In this document: in pieces, positions 1 to 9,849 of the stretch
How positions within the stretch are numbered: the first letter of the stretch is position 1
Layout of the letters: every line of letters begins with the position of its first letter
DNA from: Opitutaceae bacterium
GTDB lineage: Bacteria > Verrucomicrobiota > Verrucomicrobiia > Opitutales > Coraliomargaritaceae
Direction of reading: 5' to 3'
Length of the DNA stretch: 64,000 nucleotides
Assembly (NCBI GenBank): GCA_051252375.1
Contig: JBPOFY010000003.1
Span: forward strand, 128,001-192,000
Notes under the pieces: model-generated
Told to the model about the DNA's origin: nothing
Seen by the model: only the letters and a program-made list of their open reading frames with translations
Database searches by the model: none
Position numbers and translations under genes: made by a program

Positions 1-276
<276 letters not shown>

Positions 277-282
<6 letters not shown>

Positions 283-335
283 CCACTTATAGTTTCTGAC
301 TCCGACGAACACGTCACGGAGTGACGTGGCTACAC
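277..335. repeat. REP-like inverted pair (GTAG foot), one arm degenerate
   Basis: GTGTAGCCAC...GTGGCTACAC termini; internal hairpin CACGTCAC-GGA-GTGACGTG; lies between convergent genes. Confidence 0.65.
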
Positions 336-348
336 TTCTCTAAGAGCC

Positions 349-1074
349 TTAAATCTGGAAATCAGCGCCGCCGGTCATTTCGTGGAGTCCACACTCACGT
401 TTGAGTCCACCAAAACGAGTGTCCTCTGCGGTCATGCCTTCACCTAGTTTACTGGTGCTGTGCCAGTCGCCGACTGAAACATAGCCCATGTCCCACAGCG
501 GGTGGTAGGGCAGGTCGTTTTCAGTCAAATAGTTATAGATATCTCGGTCGCTCCAATCGATGATCGGATAGACTTTTAAGATCTTGTTTTGTTGTTGGGC
601 TACGGGGCGGTCTTCTCGGGATGAAGATTGTTTCCGTCGTAGTCCTGAAAGCCATGCGGTCGCACCGAGTTCGGTGACAGCGCGGTTCATTGGCTCAACT
701 TTGTTGATCCGGTTGTATTTTTCCAGACCTTCCAAGTCTTGTTCCCAGAGTTTGCCATGGATGGCTTCTTGATGGGCGGCGGTTTGCAGTGGCAGGTAGG
801 TCTTGAGGTTGAGTTTCAAGCGCTCGGTCAGTGCGTCCGCAAAACGATAGGTTTCCGGGAAAAGATAGCCCGTATCGACGAAAATGACAGGGATATTAGG
901 AATTTGGGTGGTGACTAAGTGCAACATCACAGCGCTTTGCACTCCGAAGCTAGTGCTGAGCACGAGCTTGTCTCCATGCTGTGCATAAGCCCAGCGGACA
1001 CGGTCAACGGCGGATGCGACCTCAAGGTCCAGATCCTTCGCTGATGCGGATTGTGATGTGATTGCGTCTGTCAT
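349..1074 (-). CDS. cysH: phosphoadenosine phosphosulfate (PAPS) reductase
   Basis: [22 protein letters not shown] and C-terminal KRECGLH; lacks the CC...CxxC Fe-S ligands of APS reductases. Confidence 0.93.
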   Translation of the reverse strand: MTDAITSQSASAKDLDLEVASAVDRVRWAYAQHGDKLVLSTSFGVQSAVMLHLVTTQIPNIPVIFVDTGYLFPETYRFADALTERLKLNLKTYLPLQTAAHQEAIHGKLWEQDLEGLEKYNRINKVEPMNRAVTELGATAWLSGLRRKQSSSREDRPVAQQQNKILKVYPIIDWSDRDIYNYLTENDLPYHPLWDMGYVSVGDWHSTSKLGEGMTAEDTRFGGLKRECGLHEMTGGADFQI

Positions 1075-1139
1075 TTTGTCTATTACTTTAGTTCTTGAGT
1101 CAAAAAGTCAAGAAAAGGGACTATTTTTGTGAAGATGCC

Positions 1140-1170
1140 AAAAAAAGCGGCTCCGTTTCGGGAGCCGCTT
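1140..1170 (-). terminator. intrinsic terminator after cyclophilin gene
   Basis: AAGCGGCTCC/GGAGCCGCTT stem with A7 (U-tract on minus strand). Confidence 0.8.
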
Positions 1171-1190
1171 CGAAAATCAGTTATGCTCGA

Positions 1191-1661
1191 TTAATCAATC
1201 ACCTTACCGGAGATAATCTTTTGATCTTCGATTGGGCGGTCGCCTGGACCTTTTTTAACGCCTTCGAGTTCATCGACGACGTCCATACCGTTCACGACTT
1301 CACCGAATATGGTGTGTTTCATGTGAAGCCATGGAGTGGCTGCAGTGGTGATGAAGAACTGGCTGCCGTTGGTGCCAGGGCCTGCGTTGGCCATGGCGAG
1401 CAGGCCAGGCTTGTCAAATGTGACGTCGCGGGCGCATTCGTCTTCGAAGTTCTTGCCCCAGATGGATTCACCGCCACGACCAGTGCCGGTAGGGTCGCCG
1501 CCTTGGATCATGAATTCTTCGATGATACGGTGGAAAATGACTCCGTTGTAGTAGCCGTTCTTCAGGTGTGTCGTGAAGTTTTCGCAAGTTTTAGGTGCAA
1601 TGTCGTCGAATAGTTTAAATTCGATCGAACCTTGGGTGGTTTCTAGGATGACGTTTGGCAT
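1191..1661 (-). CDS. cyclophilin-type peptidyl-prolyl cis-trans isomerase
   Basis: FHRII..FMIQGGDP.GTGRGG, LAMANAGPGTNGSQFFIT, HTIFGEV; start moved to MPNVILET (1661) because the upstream extension is repeat DNA. Confidence 0.95.
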   Translation of the reverse strand: MPNVILETTQGSIEFKLFDDIAPKTCENFTTHLKNGYYNGVIFHRIIEEFMIQGGDPTGTGRGGESIWGKNFEDECARDVTFDKPGLLAMANAGPGTNGSQFFITTAATPWLHMKHTIFGEVVNGMDVVDELEGVKKGPGDRPIEDQKIISGKVID

Positions 1662-1681
1662 AGTTTTAGTTTGGTTAAAAT

Positions 1682-1770
1682 GAACATCGAACATCGAACG
1701 TCCAACACTGAACGTCGAATGAAAATTCATTTAAAATTCGAAGTTGGACGTTCGATGTTCAGCGTTCGTT
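1682..1770. repeat. inverted pair of degenerate heptamer arrays (AACATCG-type)
   Basis: AACATCG AACATCG AACGTCC AACACTG AACGTCG, then the reverse-complement array CGAAGTT GGACGTT CGATGTT CAGCGTT. Confidence 0.85.
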
Positions 1771-3300
1771 GAAATGTTTAACGGCTGCATCGACGAAGTG
1801 CTCCAAGCTGGAGACGGAAGCTTCAAAGCCAATCGGTAGCTTCTTTTCTTTAAGCGTCTTGGAGGTCATTGGGCCGATGCTGCCGAGCACGGGTTGTCTG
1901 GCGCCTTCTTCGAGTTTGAACGCGGCGCTTTGATCGATGAATGAATTCACCGTCGATGAGCTGGTGAACAGAATGGCGTCGGCGCCTTCTTCGCGGAAGC
2001 GTGCGGCAGCTTCGTTCTTCAAGAGGTCAGTTTTGCTCGTCTTGTAGAGGGGAAGGGTGTCGACAATCGCACGACCTTCGGTTTCGAGGCGTAGGACGAG
2101 TTCTTCGCGGTTTTGGTTGCCGGTTACAACGAGCACTTGGACACTTTCCATGCCTTCGTTTTCGATGAGCTCATCGGCGAGCGCGTCGGCGTTGGCTTGT
2201 TTGGGCACAAAGTCGACTTTCAGCTTATGTGCTTCAATTTCGCGTGCGGTGGCAGCACCGACTGCCGCGATACGCATCGGACCGAGGCAGCGAATGTCGT
2301 CGAAAGCTTTATAGAACAGCTCGAAGAATTGTTTCACTCCGTTGGCACTGGTGAAGATCACCCATTCATAGACTGCGATGCCTGCGAGGATTTCACCGAG
2401 ACGTTTAGCGTCGAACTGAGGTTTGACCTCAATAAATGGCAGCTCGATGACTTCGGCGCCTTTTTCTTCGAGCATTTGTGTGAGTTGGCCGGCTTGTTCG
2501 CGTGCACGGGTGACGACGAAGCGTTTGCCAAATAGTTCACGGCCTTCGAACCATTCTGTTTTGGCGCGATGTGCGACGACTTCGCCGATGATGATCATCG
2601 CGGGTGCGCCGATACCAGAGGCCTCGAGGTCGGCGAGGATGGTATCGAGTGTGCCATAGACAGAGCGTTGGCGATTGAGTGTGGCCCATTCGACGATGCC
2701 GACAGGTGTGTCGCTAGACATCCCGCCTTCGATCAACTCTCCAACGATGCGTGGCAACTGACCGACACCCATGTAGAGGCAAAGTGTGCTTTTCGTTTTC
2801 GCGTGAGTTTTAAAATCGATACTCAGCGTGTGCTTTTCCGGGTTCTCATGACCGGTGAGGAAGGTGATCGACGAGCTGTAATCGCGGTGGGAGAGGGGAA
2901 TGCCTGCATAAGCGGCTGTGGCGAGTGCTGCGGTGACTCCAGGGACGATCTCAAAAGGAATTTTGTCGAGTTGGAGCTCGTCGATCTCTTCACCGCCACG
3001 ACCGAATACGAAAGGGTCGCCGCCTTTGAGGCGCACGACTTGCAGACCTTTGTTGGCACGATTGACTAGAATCTCTTCGATTTCATCCTGTGGGATGGAG
3101 TGGCGACCGGCACTTTTACCTACATAAATACGTTCTGCATCTTTGCGTGCCCAATCGAGTAACTTTGGATTGGCGAGATAGTCGTAAACGATGACATCGG
3201 CGATTTCAATGAGCTCACGTGCGCGCACGGTAACGAGACCGGGATCGCCGGGGCCTGCGCCGATGAGATAGACTTTGCCTGTGGATTTATTGGAAGACAT
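1759..3300 (-). CDS. cobA: uroporphyrinogen-III C-methyltransferase / uroporphyrinogen-III synthase fusion (CobA-HemD)
   Basis: GAGPGDPGL, VVRLKGGDPFVFGRGGEE, PGVTA in N-half; VVTRAREQA, IFTSANGV, FTSSSTV (HemD) in C-half. Confidence 0.93.
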   Translation of the reverse strand: MSSNKSTGKVYLIGAGPGDPGLVTVRARELIEIADVIVYDYLANPKLLDWARKDAERIYVGKSAGRHSIPQDEIEEILVNRANKGLQVVRLKGGDPFVFGRGGEEIDELQLDKIPFEIVPGVTAALATAAYAGIPLSHRDYSSSITFLTGHENPEKHTLSIDFKTHAKTKSTLCLYMGVGQLPRIVGELIEGGMSSDTPVGIVEWATLNRQRSVYGTLDTILADLEASGIGAPAMIIIGEVVAHRAKTEWFEGRELFGKRFVVTRAREQAGQLTQMLEEKGAEVIELPFIEVKPQFDAKRLGEILAGIAVYEWVIFTSANGVKQFFELFYKAFDDIRCLGPMRIAAVGAATAREIEAHKLKVDFVPKQANADALADELIENEGMESVQVLVVTGNQNREELVLRLETEGRAIVDTLPLYKTSKTDLLKNEAAARFREEGADAILFTSSSTVNSFIDQSAAFKLEEGARQPVLGSIGPMTSKTLKEKKLPIGFEASVSSLEHFVDAAVKHFNER

Positions 3301-3309
3301 GTGGAGAGC

Positions 3310-3344
3310 TGCGTGATTCGAGATCTGTGATGCGTGAGACGCGA
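3310..3344. repeat. degenerate heptamer tandem array (TGCGTGA-type) in hemC/cobA spacer
   Basis: TGCGTGA TTCGAGA TCTGTGA TGCGTGA GACGCGA. Confidence 0.7.
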
Positions 3345-4199
3345 CTAGAGTGAGAGATCTGTTATGATGCTGTTGATAATTGGATCGATTTCTTCGATTG
3401 CGTTGAGTTCAAATTCGAAAGTGGTGTGTCCGACTTCGGGATGGAAGATATAGAAAGTGCCTTCGGTGTAGTGAGCGCCGACCGGTGTTTGGCAGCCACC
3501 ACCGAGACTGCGGAGAAAGCTGCGCTCTAAAGTGATGGCGAGTTTGGTCTGTTCGCAGAATAGACCCTCGTATTTTGGAAGATCGGCTTCGCGGCACTGG
3601 ATTGCGATCGCGGCTTGTCCAGGGGCGGGCACGACTACGTCGATCGGCAGTTCTTTAAAGGTCAGCCCTTCGTATTCTGTGATATCCAATCGGTCTAAGC
3701 CAGCTGCAGCGAGTAGGGTGGCGTCGGCCTCACCCTCGGTGATTTTACGCAGACGAGTGCCGACATTGCCGCGTATCGTAGTCCATTCTGCAGATTCGTG
3801 AAGTATGCCAAGCTGGGCGCGACGGCGTGGGCTGCTGGTGGCTATCTTTGCGGGCTCGGTGCAATCGCTTCGAAACACTAGGATGTCGGTGGCTCGAGCT
3901 CTGGGCAAGTAGCCCGCGATATGTAGGTCGGCTTGAAAAGCGGTAGGTAAATCTTTGGCGCTGTGGACGGCGAGTGTGGCGCGGTCATCCAGTAGGGCTT
4001 CTTCGAGTTCTTTGGTGAAGAGTCCGATGCCACCGCGTTTTTCCAGTGACCAAGTGAGCCGTTCATCAACTTTGGTGCTGAGGCGCAGTTCTTCGAAGAC
4101 GTCGTTTGGAAGCGCTTGCTCCAGCCATGCGATGACCATCTCGGTCTGCTTAAGAGCGAGTGGGCTTTTACGCGTGGCTATTTGGATGGGTTGTGGCAT
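3345..4199 (-). CDS. hemC: hydroxymethylbilane synthase (porphobilinogen deaminase)
   Basis: IATRKSPLAL.Q, GLFTKELEEAL, VHSAKDLP, TSSPRR, IRGNV.TRL, GGCQTP; start at MPQPIQ since the upstream ATG lies in a REP. Confidence 0.93.
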   Translation of the reverse strand: MPQPIQIATRKSPLALKQTEMVIAWLEQALPNDVFEELRLSTKVDERLTWSLEKRGGIGLFTKELEEALLDDRATLAVHSAKDLPTAFQADLHIAGYLPRARATDILVFRSDCTEPAKIATSSPRRRAQLGILHESAEWTTIRGNVGTRLRKITEGEADATLLAAAGLDRLDITEYEGLTFKELPIDVVVPAPGQAAIAIQCREADLPKYEGLFCEQTKLAITLERSFLRSLGGGCQTPVGAHYTEGTFYIFHPEVGHTTFEFELNAIEEIDPIINSIITDLSL

Positions 4200-4207
4200 G
4201 TGGATTT

Positions 4208-4262
4208 GTAGAACAGACATTCCTGTCTAAAATGCAATCACAGGCAGGAATGCCTGTGTCAC
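4208..4262. repeat. REP-like inverted pair
   Basis: GTAG-A-ACAGACA-TTCC-TGTCT ... ACAGGCA-GGAA-TGCCTGT-GTCAC. Confidence 0.7.
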
Positions 4263-4267
4263 GAACT

Positions 4268-4303
4268 AAAAAGCGGTCGACGGTATAAAACCGACGACCG
4301 CTT
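4268..4303 (-). terminator. intrinsic terminator after ilvC
   Basis: AAGCGGTCG...CGACCGCTT stem with A-run. Confidence 0.7.
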
Positions 4304-4327
4304 GAAATTTCAAATACTGAAAGTGGC

Positions 4328-5356
4328 TTAGTTGTAGGAAGCCTGTGCGCCACCGATGTTGCGCTTTTTCACCCAAGGCATGAGAGCGCGGAGGCGCTGG
4401 CCTGTCTTTTCGATCTGGTGGTTTTGGCCGTCTTTGATGAACTGTTTGTATCGTGGAAGACCTGCTTTGTATTCGTTGACCCAGTCCTTAGTGAACTTGC
4501 CAGATTGGATTTCCTTGAGGATCGACTTCATTGCTTTCTTGGAAGAAGCGTTGATGACGCGAGGACCACTGATGTAGTCACCCCATTCAGCTGTTTCAGA
4601 AACGGAGAAACGCATGCCAGAAACACCAGACTCAACCATAAGGTCGACGATGAGCTTCAACTCGTGCAAGCACTCGAAGTAAGCCATTTCTGGTTGGTAG
4701 CCTGCTTCAACAAGTGTTTCGAAGCCAGCCATGACGAGTGCAGATGCACCACCGCAAAGAACGGCTTGCTCGCCGAAGAGGTCAGTTTCGCACTCTTCCT
4801 TGAAAGTTGTTTGGATCACACCGGCACGTGTGCCGCCAACACCCTTTGCCCATGCAAGTGCAACGGCTTTGGCATTACGTGAAGAACCCTTGTTGATTGC
4901 GATAAGTGCTGGAACGCCTTTACCTTCAACGTATTGGCTACGAACAACGTGACCTGGACCCTTAGGTGCCACCATGATGACGTCGATGCCCTTAGGTGCT
5001 TCGATCAGACCGAAGTGGATCGCAAGACCGTGTGTGAATGCAAGTGTCTTGCCCTTTGTGAGGTTTGGAAGGATGTCGTTTTCGTAAACTTCAGCCTGCT
5101 TCATGTCAGGCACAGCGATCATGATGACGTCTGCCTTTTGAACCGCTTCAGCTGTTTCGAATACTTTGAAACCTTGCTTTTTTGCGACGTTGACGGACTT
5201 GCTCTTTTTATAGAGACCGATGATCACATTAAGACCACTGTCCTTCAAGTTTTGTGCGTGGGCGTGGCCCTGTGAACCGTAGCCGATGATGGCGAGGGTT
5301 TTCTTTTTGAGGACTTTTAAATCAGCGTCCTTATCGGTATAGACTTTTGCAGGCAT
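4328..5356 (-). CDS. ilvC: ketol-acid reductoisomerase
   Basis: IIGYGSQGHAHAQNL, MVAPKGPGH, ETDLFGEQAVLCGG, AYFECLHE; start at MPAKVY. Confidence 0.97.
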   Translation of the reverse strand: MPAKVYTDKDADLKVLKKKTLAIIGYGSQGHAHAQNLKDSGLNVIIGLYKKSKSVNVAKKQGFKVFETAEAVQKADVIMIAVPDMKQAEVYENDILPNLTKGKTLAFTHGLAIHFGLIEAPKGIDVIMVAPKGPGHVVRSQYVEGKGVPALIAINKGSSRNAKAVALAWAKGVGGTRAGVIQTTFKEECETDLFGEQAVLCGGASALVMAGFETLVEAGYQPEMAYFECLHELKLIVDLMVESGVSGMRFSVSETAEWGDYISGPRVINASSKKAMKSILKEIQSGKFTKDWVNEYKAGLPRYKQFIKDGQNHQIEKTGQRLRALMPWVKKRNIGGAQASYN

Positions 5357-5428
5357 ATTTTTCGTTGATTGCGGCAGCACGGATGCCACCTGGTTGAATA
5401 GATTCTATTGTTCTAAAAGGAGAGGTGA

Positions 5429-5902
5429 TTAGCCGCGTTTGAGGGCTAGGTTGCCAGTGCGTGCCATTTCGACGATGCCGTATGGTTCGATCAAATTGAG
5501 GAAGGCGGCAACTTTGTTTGTGTTGCCAGTCATCTCGATGTTCAAGCTGTCTGCGGACACATCGATGATTTTGGCGCGGAAAATGTCGCAAACTTGCATG
5601 ACCTCGGAACGTTGTCCGGCGGTTGCACTTACTTTAACCATGATCAATTCGCGCTCAGTAGCTTGGCCAGAGGTGAATTCTGTAACCTCTAAAACGTTGA
5701 TCAGCTTATTAACTTGCTTGATCGCTTGGTCGAGCGCGTCGCTGTCGCCAACGATGGTTGCAGTGATACGTGACAGCTTGTTGTCCATCATCGGGCCCAC
5801 ATTCAGAGTCTCGATGTTGAAGCCACGACCGCTGAACATACCAGCGATACGGGCGAGAGCTCCGAATTTGTTTTCGACAAGGATTGAGATGATGTGACGC
5901 AT
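5429..5902 (-). CDS. ilvH: acetolactate synthase small (regulatory) subunit
   Basis: ACT domain MRHIISILVENKFGALARIAGMFSGRGFNI, ERELIMVKV, EMARTG; start at 5902. Confidence 0.95.
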   Translation of the reverse strand: MRHIISILVENKFGALARIAGMFSGRGFNIETLNVGPMMDNKLSRITATIVGDSDALDQAIKQVNKLINVLEVTEFTSGQATERELIMVKVSATAGQRSEVMQVCDIFRAKIIDVSADSLNIEMTGNTNKVAAFLNLIEPYGIVEMARTGNLALKRG

Positions 5903-5907
5903 GATAG

Positions 5908-5930
5908 AAAAAAGCTCGGCAGAACCGAGC
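5908..5930 (-). terminator. intrinsic terminator between tRNA-Val and ilvH
   Basis: minus strand GCTCGG-TTCTG-CCGAGC-TTTTTT, 5 nt before the ilvH ATG. Confidence 0.7.
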
Positions 5931-5946
5931 GAGCAAACTTGAAAAA

Positions 5947-6023
5947 TGGTAGACGGCGAGGGATTCGAACCCACGACCCCCTCGGTGTAAACGAGGTGCT
6001 CTAACCAACTGAGCTAGCCGTCC
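5947..6023 (-). tRNA. tRNA-Val (TAC)
   Basis: GGACGGC TAGCTCAGTTGGTTAGAGC, anticodon arm CCTCG-TTTACAC-CGAGG, T-loop GGTTCGAATCC, 3' GCCGTCT-A-CCA. Confidence 0.97.
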
Positions 6024-6210
6024 TCAAGTTTTGGGAAAACGTGTAAGATGGTGCTGAGCGGAAGTGAATCAAGCCTAATTTTAACCGATTTTTCAACTTT
6101 TCGAACTTTCCTCGCTTTGTAGAATTCGGGGAACAAGTATTGCCTTCGCCCAGTCAATTGAATCAAATACTTTTATTGTGAATAATGTGCCCTACAAAAG
6201 CTTCCTCAAT

Positions 6211-6423
6211 ATGCGACGCATATTCATTACGGGCATACGTCGATTGTTGCCGCTTTTACTCTTAAGCGTGGCATCCTGTGTGTCTGTTAAAACGGAGCAT
6301 CGTGTCGAGCCGATCCACATTACTATGGATGTGAATGTGCGCCTTGAGCATGAATTAAACGATGCATTTGCTGAGTTAGACGCTCGTTCACTGGAAATCG
6401 CCCAACAGAAAGGATCTGAATGA
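6211..6423 (+). CDS. YnbE-like small lipoprotein
   Basis: lipobox VASC followed by VKTEHRVEPIHITMDVNVR, typical of the YnbE family; next to a YdbL-like gene; start uncertain (6178 or 6211). Confidence 0.7.
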   Translation: MRRIFITGIRRLLPLLLLSVASCVSVKTEHRVEPIHITMDVNVRLEHELNDAFAELDARSLEIAQQKGSE

Positions 6424-6809
6424 TCGCGCTAAAGAAATCTATTCGAGTCGCTGTTATATCAGCATTTATCTGCCTGTGTCTTCCCGGCATCTCTCACGCC
6501 GAGACGACGGAAACATCATTGATTACATCGATGGAGGAGCGCTTGCCTGTATTGATGGATTTGAAACTAGCTGGTAAAGTGGGCGAAACCAATCGTGCGA
6601 TGGTGTCAGCGCGTGCCGACCTTGAGCGATCAGAGCGCCGAATCTTAGCGGATGAAAATGCGGATCGGCTGGCTCACTACACATTAGTTGCAAAGCGATT
6701 GAAGGTAAGTGTTGAGGTGGTTCAATTGAAACGAGCAGAACAAATTCGGGAGAAGTCGGCAAAAGGCATTTGGATACAGTCGAAATCCGGTGATTGGTAT
6801 CGTGAATAG
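6420..6809 (+). CDS. YdbL/DUF1318-family periplasmic protein
   Basis: signal peptide; GKVGETN, ENADR...Y, GIWIQ...G.W pattern of DUF1318; ATGA overlap with upstream gene. Confidence 0.8.
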   Translation: MIALKKSIRVAVISAFICLCLPGISHAETTETSLITSMEERLPVLMDLKLAGKVGETNRAMVSARADLERSERRILADENADRLAHYTLVAKRLKVSVEVVQLKRAEQIREKSAKGIWIQSKSGDWYRE

Positions 6810-6817
6810 CGCCGCAC

Positions 6818-9800
6818 ATGAATAAGCGAACAGTTTTGATCGGGTTTAAGTTTTTATTGTCTCTCTTAGCGACAGCATTTGCTGCTCAAATTGCAGTGGC
6901 ATTGGCAGACCCTCGATTTGGTGGGCATGTGAATCAAGTCGCTCCTGTGTTTGGCGTCGCTCTAGCTTTACTGCTTGTCTTGGGATATCGCTACTTACCA
7001 GCAATCTTTGTGGGTGCTTTGATTCCGTCGGCTTTTGCGGAAGCAAATTTTTTGGTTATTTTGAGCACGCCTTTAGCGGCAGTGACTACTGCCGTCTGTG
7101 GTCATGCAATGTTAAGGCGTTTAAAGGTCCGCATTGATTTAGAATCTGTGCGTGATGCGCTCTGTGTTATTGGCTTCGGTATCCTATTAGCTTCCTTGCT
7201 TGGAGTTGTTTTGCAGAGCATTTTACTTTGCTTTGGTGATTCGGATATACTTTGGAAGGATTTCGAAGCCTTGATATTGTCGAACTGGATATCAGCGGCA
7301 GTCGGCGCGATTATTATCACGCCATTTATATTAGTATGGTCGAATCCAACCGCGTCTAAGTTGTATTCAAATCAAGTATTCGAAATCTTGGTTTGGTTTT
7401 TTACCCTGATTACTTTTGGTGCGATTACATTCCAGAATTGGGCTCCTACGGATGTGTTGTTTTATCCGATGGAGTTGGCGATCTTTCCGATCATGGCTTG
7501 GGCTTCGATTCGCTTTGGGCTGAAGGGGGCTTCGGCAGGTGTATTGGTGCTCGCGATGATTGCGGCGTGGGAACTTCTTCTAGTCTTAACGGGGCATGGG
7601 CGCTCTATTTCTCAAAGTCCGGCAAATGTATGGGTCTTCGTCGGGATCATCTCGATTACATCGATTTGCTTGGCTGCGGTAATGACGCAATTGCGTAAAC
7701 GCGAAGCTGAGGTGACAGAAAATGAAAATCGGTTGAGTGCCTTTACGGACGCTTTGCCCGACATCGCATTTGTGATTACCAGTGAGGGTTTGATTGAGCA
7801 TATCTTTGCCGGAAATACACGCGTCGAAAGAAATCACCGCATTTTTAACTCTCAAAACGTTTCAGGTAAGTATTTGAATGATTTATTTGATGAAGAACTT
7901 GCTGCCGATTTTTCGCGAACCATTCGGGCGGCGATTGATTCGAATGTGGTGACAAACTTCGAGTATGCGATGCAGTCTGTCGATACGGGAGAGCATCATT
8001 TCGAGGCACGTGTATCACCGATGGCTGCAACCGGGGGCGAGGTTGAGCGTGTTGTCTGGGTGGCTTACGATATCACCTCTCGGAAGAAAATCGAAGCAGG
8101 TGTTCGGCAGCGGGATAGGGTATTGAAGGCGACTGCGCGGGCGAACAACGCATTGTTGACGACTGCTGATTTTGATAAAGCGGTGACGACGTCTATTCGC
8201 CAAGTGGCGCAAGCATTACGGGTGGAGCGAGCATACGTCTTTGTGATTAAGGGCAATTCGGAAGAATCTTTTCAGCGTGTTAGTTGTGAGCATGAATGGA
8301 CCCTGCGACCAGAGCTCACTGGCTTTAAGCAGAATCCGAATTATCAAGATGCACCACTTGAAGAATTTTTCCCATATTTCTTAAAGCACTTATCTGTGGA
8401 TGGAATTATCAAGATCGATACTGGGTCGATTAATGTGCAACACCGCGAGATGTTGAACAGCATGCGTGCGCAGGCGATCTTGGCGGTTCCGATGTGGTTG
8501 GGGCCGCAGCTATACGGTTTCTTTGGCGTTGATTATTGCCAGATATCTCATCGCTGGAGCGAAAATGAGGTCAACGCGGTTCGTGTGTTGGCTTCCGGTT
8601 TGTCCGGCTTGGCTTTGATTCGACAGCGTGAAGATGAGCTACGTGTCGCACGTGACTGGGCGGATGCAGCGAGTCAGGCAAAGGGAGAGTTTTTAGCGAT
8701 GATGAGTCACGAAATTCGCACGCCAATGAATGCCATTATCGGTTACACGGACTTGCTCCATCAGACCGAATTAACTGAGTTACAAACTGAACAAGCTGCT
8801 ATTATCAAACGTAGCGGCAAGGCCTTGCTTGAATTGATAAATAATATTTTAGATTACTCGAAGATAGAATCCAGTTCTCTAGAGTTGGAAATGGCAGAGT
8901 TTGATATCGAACAAATTATCTGTGAAGCATTGGAAACGGTTTTGCCGCAAGCTAAAGCGAAACGATTGAAAATTGACTATGAAGTGGGTGATACTGTGGA
9001 TGAGATCTACATTGGTGACGCGCATCGCCTACGTCAGGTTCTAATCAATCTAGCGAGTAATGCGGTGAAATTCACTTCTTCGGGAAGTGTGCTTATACGA
9101 GTCGGCCGGGTCGTTGAAAATTCTAATGAGCGCGATGATACTCTTTATTTTGAAGTGGTGGATACTGGTTGCGGCATACCTGCTGAAAAGTTCGATTTAT
9201 TATTTGAGGCATTCTCTCAGGTCGATTCTTCAACCACCCGTCAGTATGGCGGCACCGGACTGGGCTTGGTTATATCGAAGCGTTTAATTGAGCGCATGGA
9301 GGGTCGTATGTGGGTGGACAGTGTGGTCGGGGAAGGATCTAATTTTCAATTCACGGTTCAGTTGAAATTGCCAAATGAATTGAAGGCCACGAATGTTCCG
9401 TTTCCATTAGGTTCAGTTAGTGAGGATGAACTAGACCCCGGTTTTTCTGCGGCATACCCTTTGCGTATTTTAGTATGCGAAGATGATGAAGATAACCGTT
9501 GGGTTATTCGGGAACTTCTCACCACCCTAGGCTATGGAATTAAACTGGTAGAAGATGCTGGCGATGCGATTACACAGCTGGAAAATTACGTTTTTGACCT
9601 TGTCTTGATGGATATTCGTTTGCCTGGGATGAGCGGAATTGAATTAACTAAAAAAATACGCAGTGGGGCAATACACCCTGATCGAACGGAGCAATACATC
9701 ATTGCAGTCACGGCTTTTGCTATGAGTGAGGATCGAGAACATTGCTTGGCCGCTGGCATGAATGACTATCTCAGCAAACCTATTGAAATATCGCTTTTAA

Positions 9801-9844
9801 AGGACGTTCTCAAAACCGCATATGTCACGCTCAATAAGAGCTGA
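6818..9844 (+). CDS. hybrid sensor histidine kinase (MASE1-PAS-GAF-HisKA-HATPase-REC)
   Basis: multi-TM N-terminus; FLAMMSHEIRTPMN; NLASNAVKFT; DTGCGI; GGTGLGL; receiver DLVLMDIRLP...KP. Confidence 0.93.
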   Translation: MNKRTVLIGFKFLLSLLATAFAAQIAVALADPRFGGHVNQVAPVFGVALALLLVLGYRYLPAIFVGALIPSAFAEANFLVILSTPLAAVTTAVCGHAMLRRLKVRIDLESVRDALCVIGFGILLASLLGVVLQSILLCFGDSDILWKDFEALILSNWISAAVGAIIITPFILVWSNPTASKLYSNQVFEILVWFFTLITFGAITFQNWAPTDVLFYPMELAIFPIMAWASIRFGLKGASAGVLVLAMIAAWELLLVLTGHGRSISQSPANVWVFVGIISITSICLAAVMTQLRKREAEVTENENRLSAFTDALPDIAFVITSEGLIEHIFAGNTRVERNHRIFNSQNVSGKYLNDLFDEELAADFSRTIRAAIDSNVVTNFEYAMQSVDTGEHHFEARVSPMAATGGEVERVVWVAYDITSRKKIEAGVRQRDRVLKATARANNALLTTADFDKAVTTSIRQVAQALRVERAYVFVIKGNSEESFQRVSCEHEWTLRPELTGFKQNPNYQDAPLEEFFPYFLKHLSVDGIIKIDTGSINVQHREMLNSMRAQAILAVPMWLGPQLYGFFGVDYCQISHRWSENEVNAVRVLASGLSGLALIRQREDELRVARDWADAASQAKGEFLAMMSHEIRTPMNAIIGYTDLLHQTELTELQTEQAAIIKRSGKALLELINNILDYSKIESSSLELEMAEFDIEQIICEALETVLPQAKAKRLKIDYEVGDTVDEIYIGDAHRLRQVLINLASNAVKFTSSGSVLIRVGRVVENSNERDDTLYFEVVDTGCGIPAEKFDLLFEAFSQVDSSTTRQYGGTGLGLVISKRLIERMEGRMWVDSVVGEGSNFQFTVQLKLPNELKATNVPFPLGSVSEDELDPGFSAAYPLRILVCEDDEDNRWVIRELLTTLGYGIKLVEDAGDAITQLENYVFDLVLMDIRLPGMSGIELTKKIRSGAIHPDRTEQYIIAVTAFAMSEDREHCLAAGMNDYLSKPIEISLLKDVLKTAYVTLNKS

Positions 9845-9849
9845 GTCCA

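Noticed and set aside
1095..1613. Antisense ORF over the cyclophilin gene, and similar shadows over ilvC, fbaA, sucB, lpdA and polA
   Set aside because: Fully overlap well-supported genes on the opposite strand; no independent evidence
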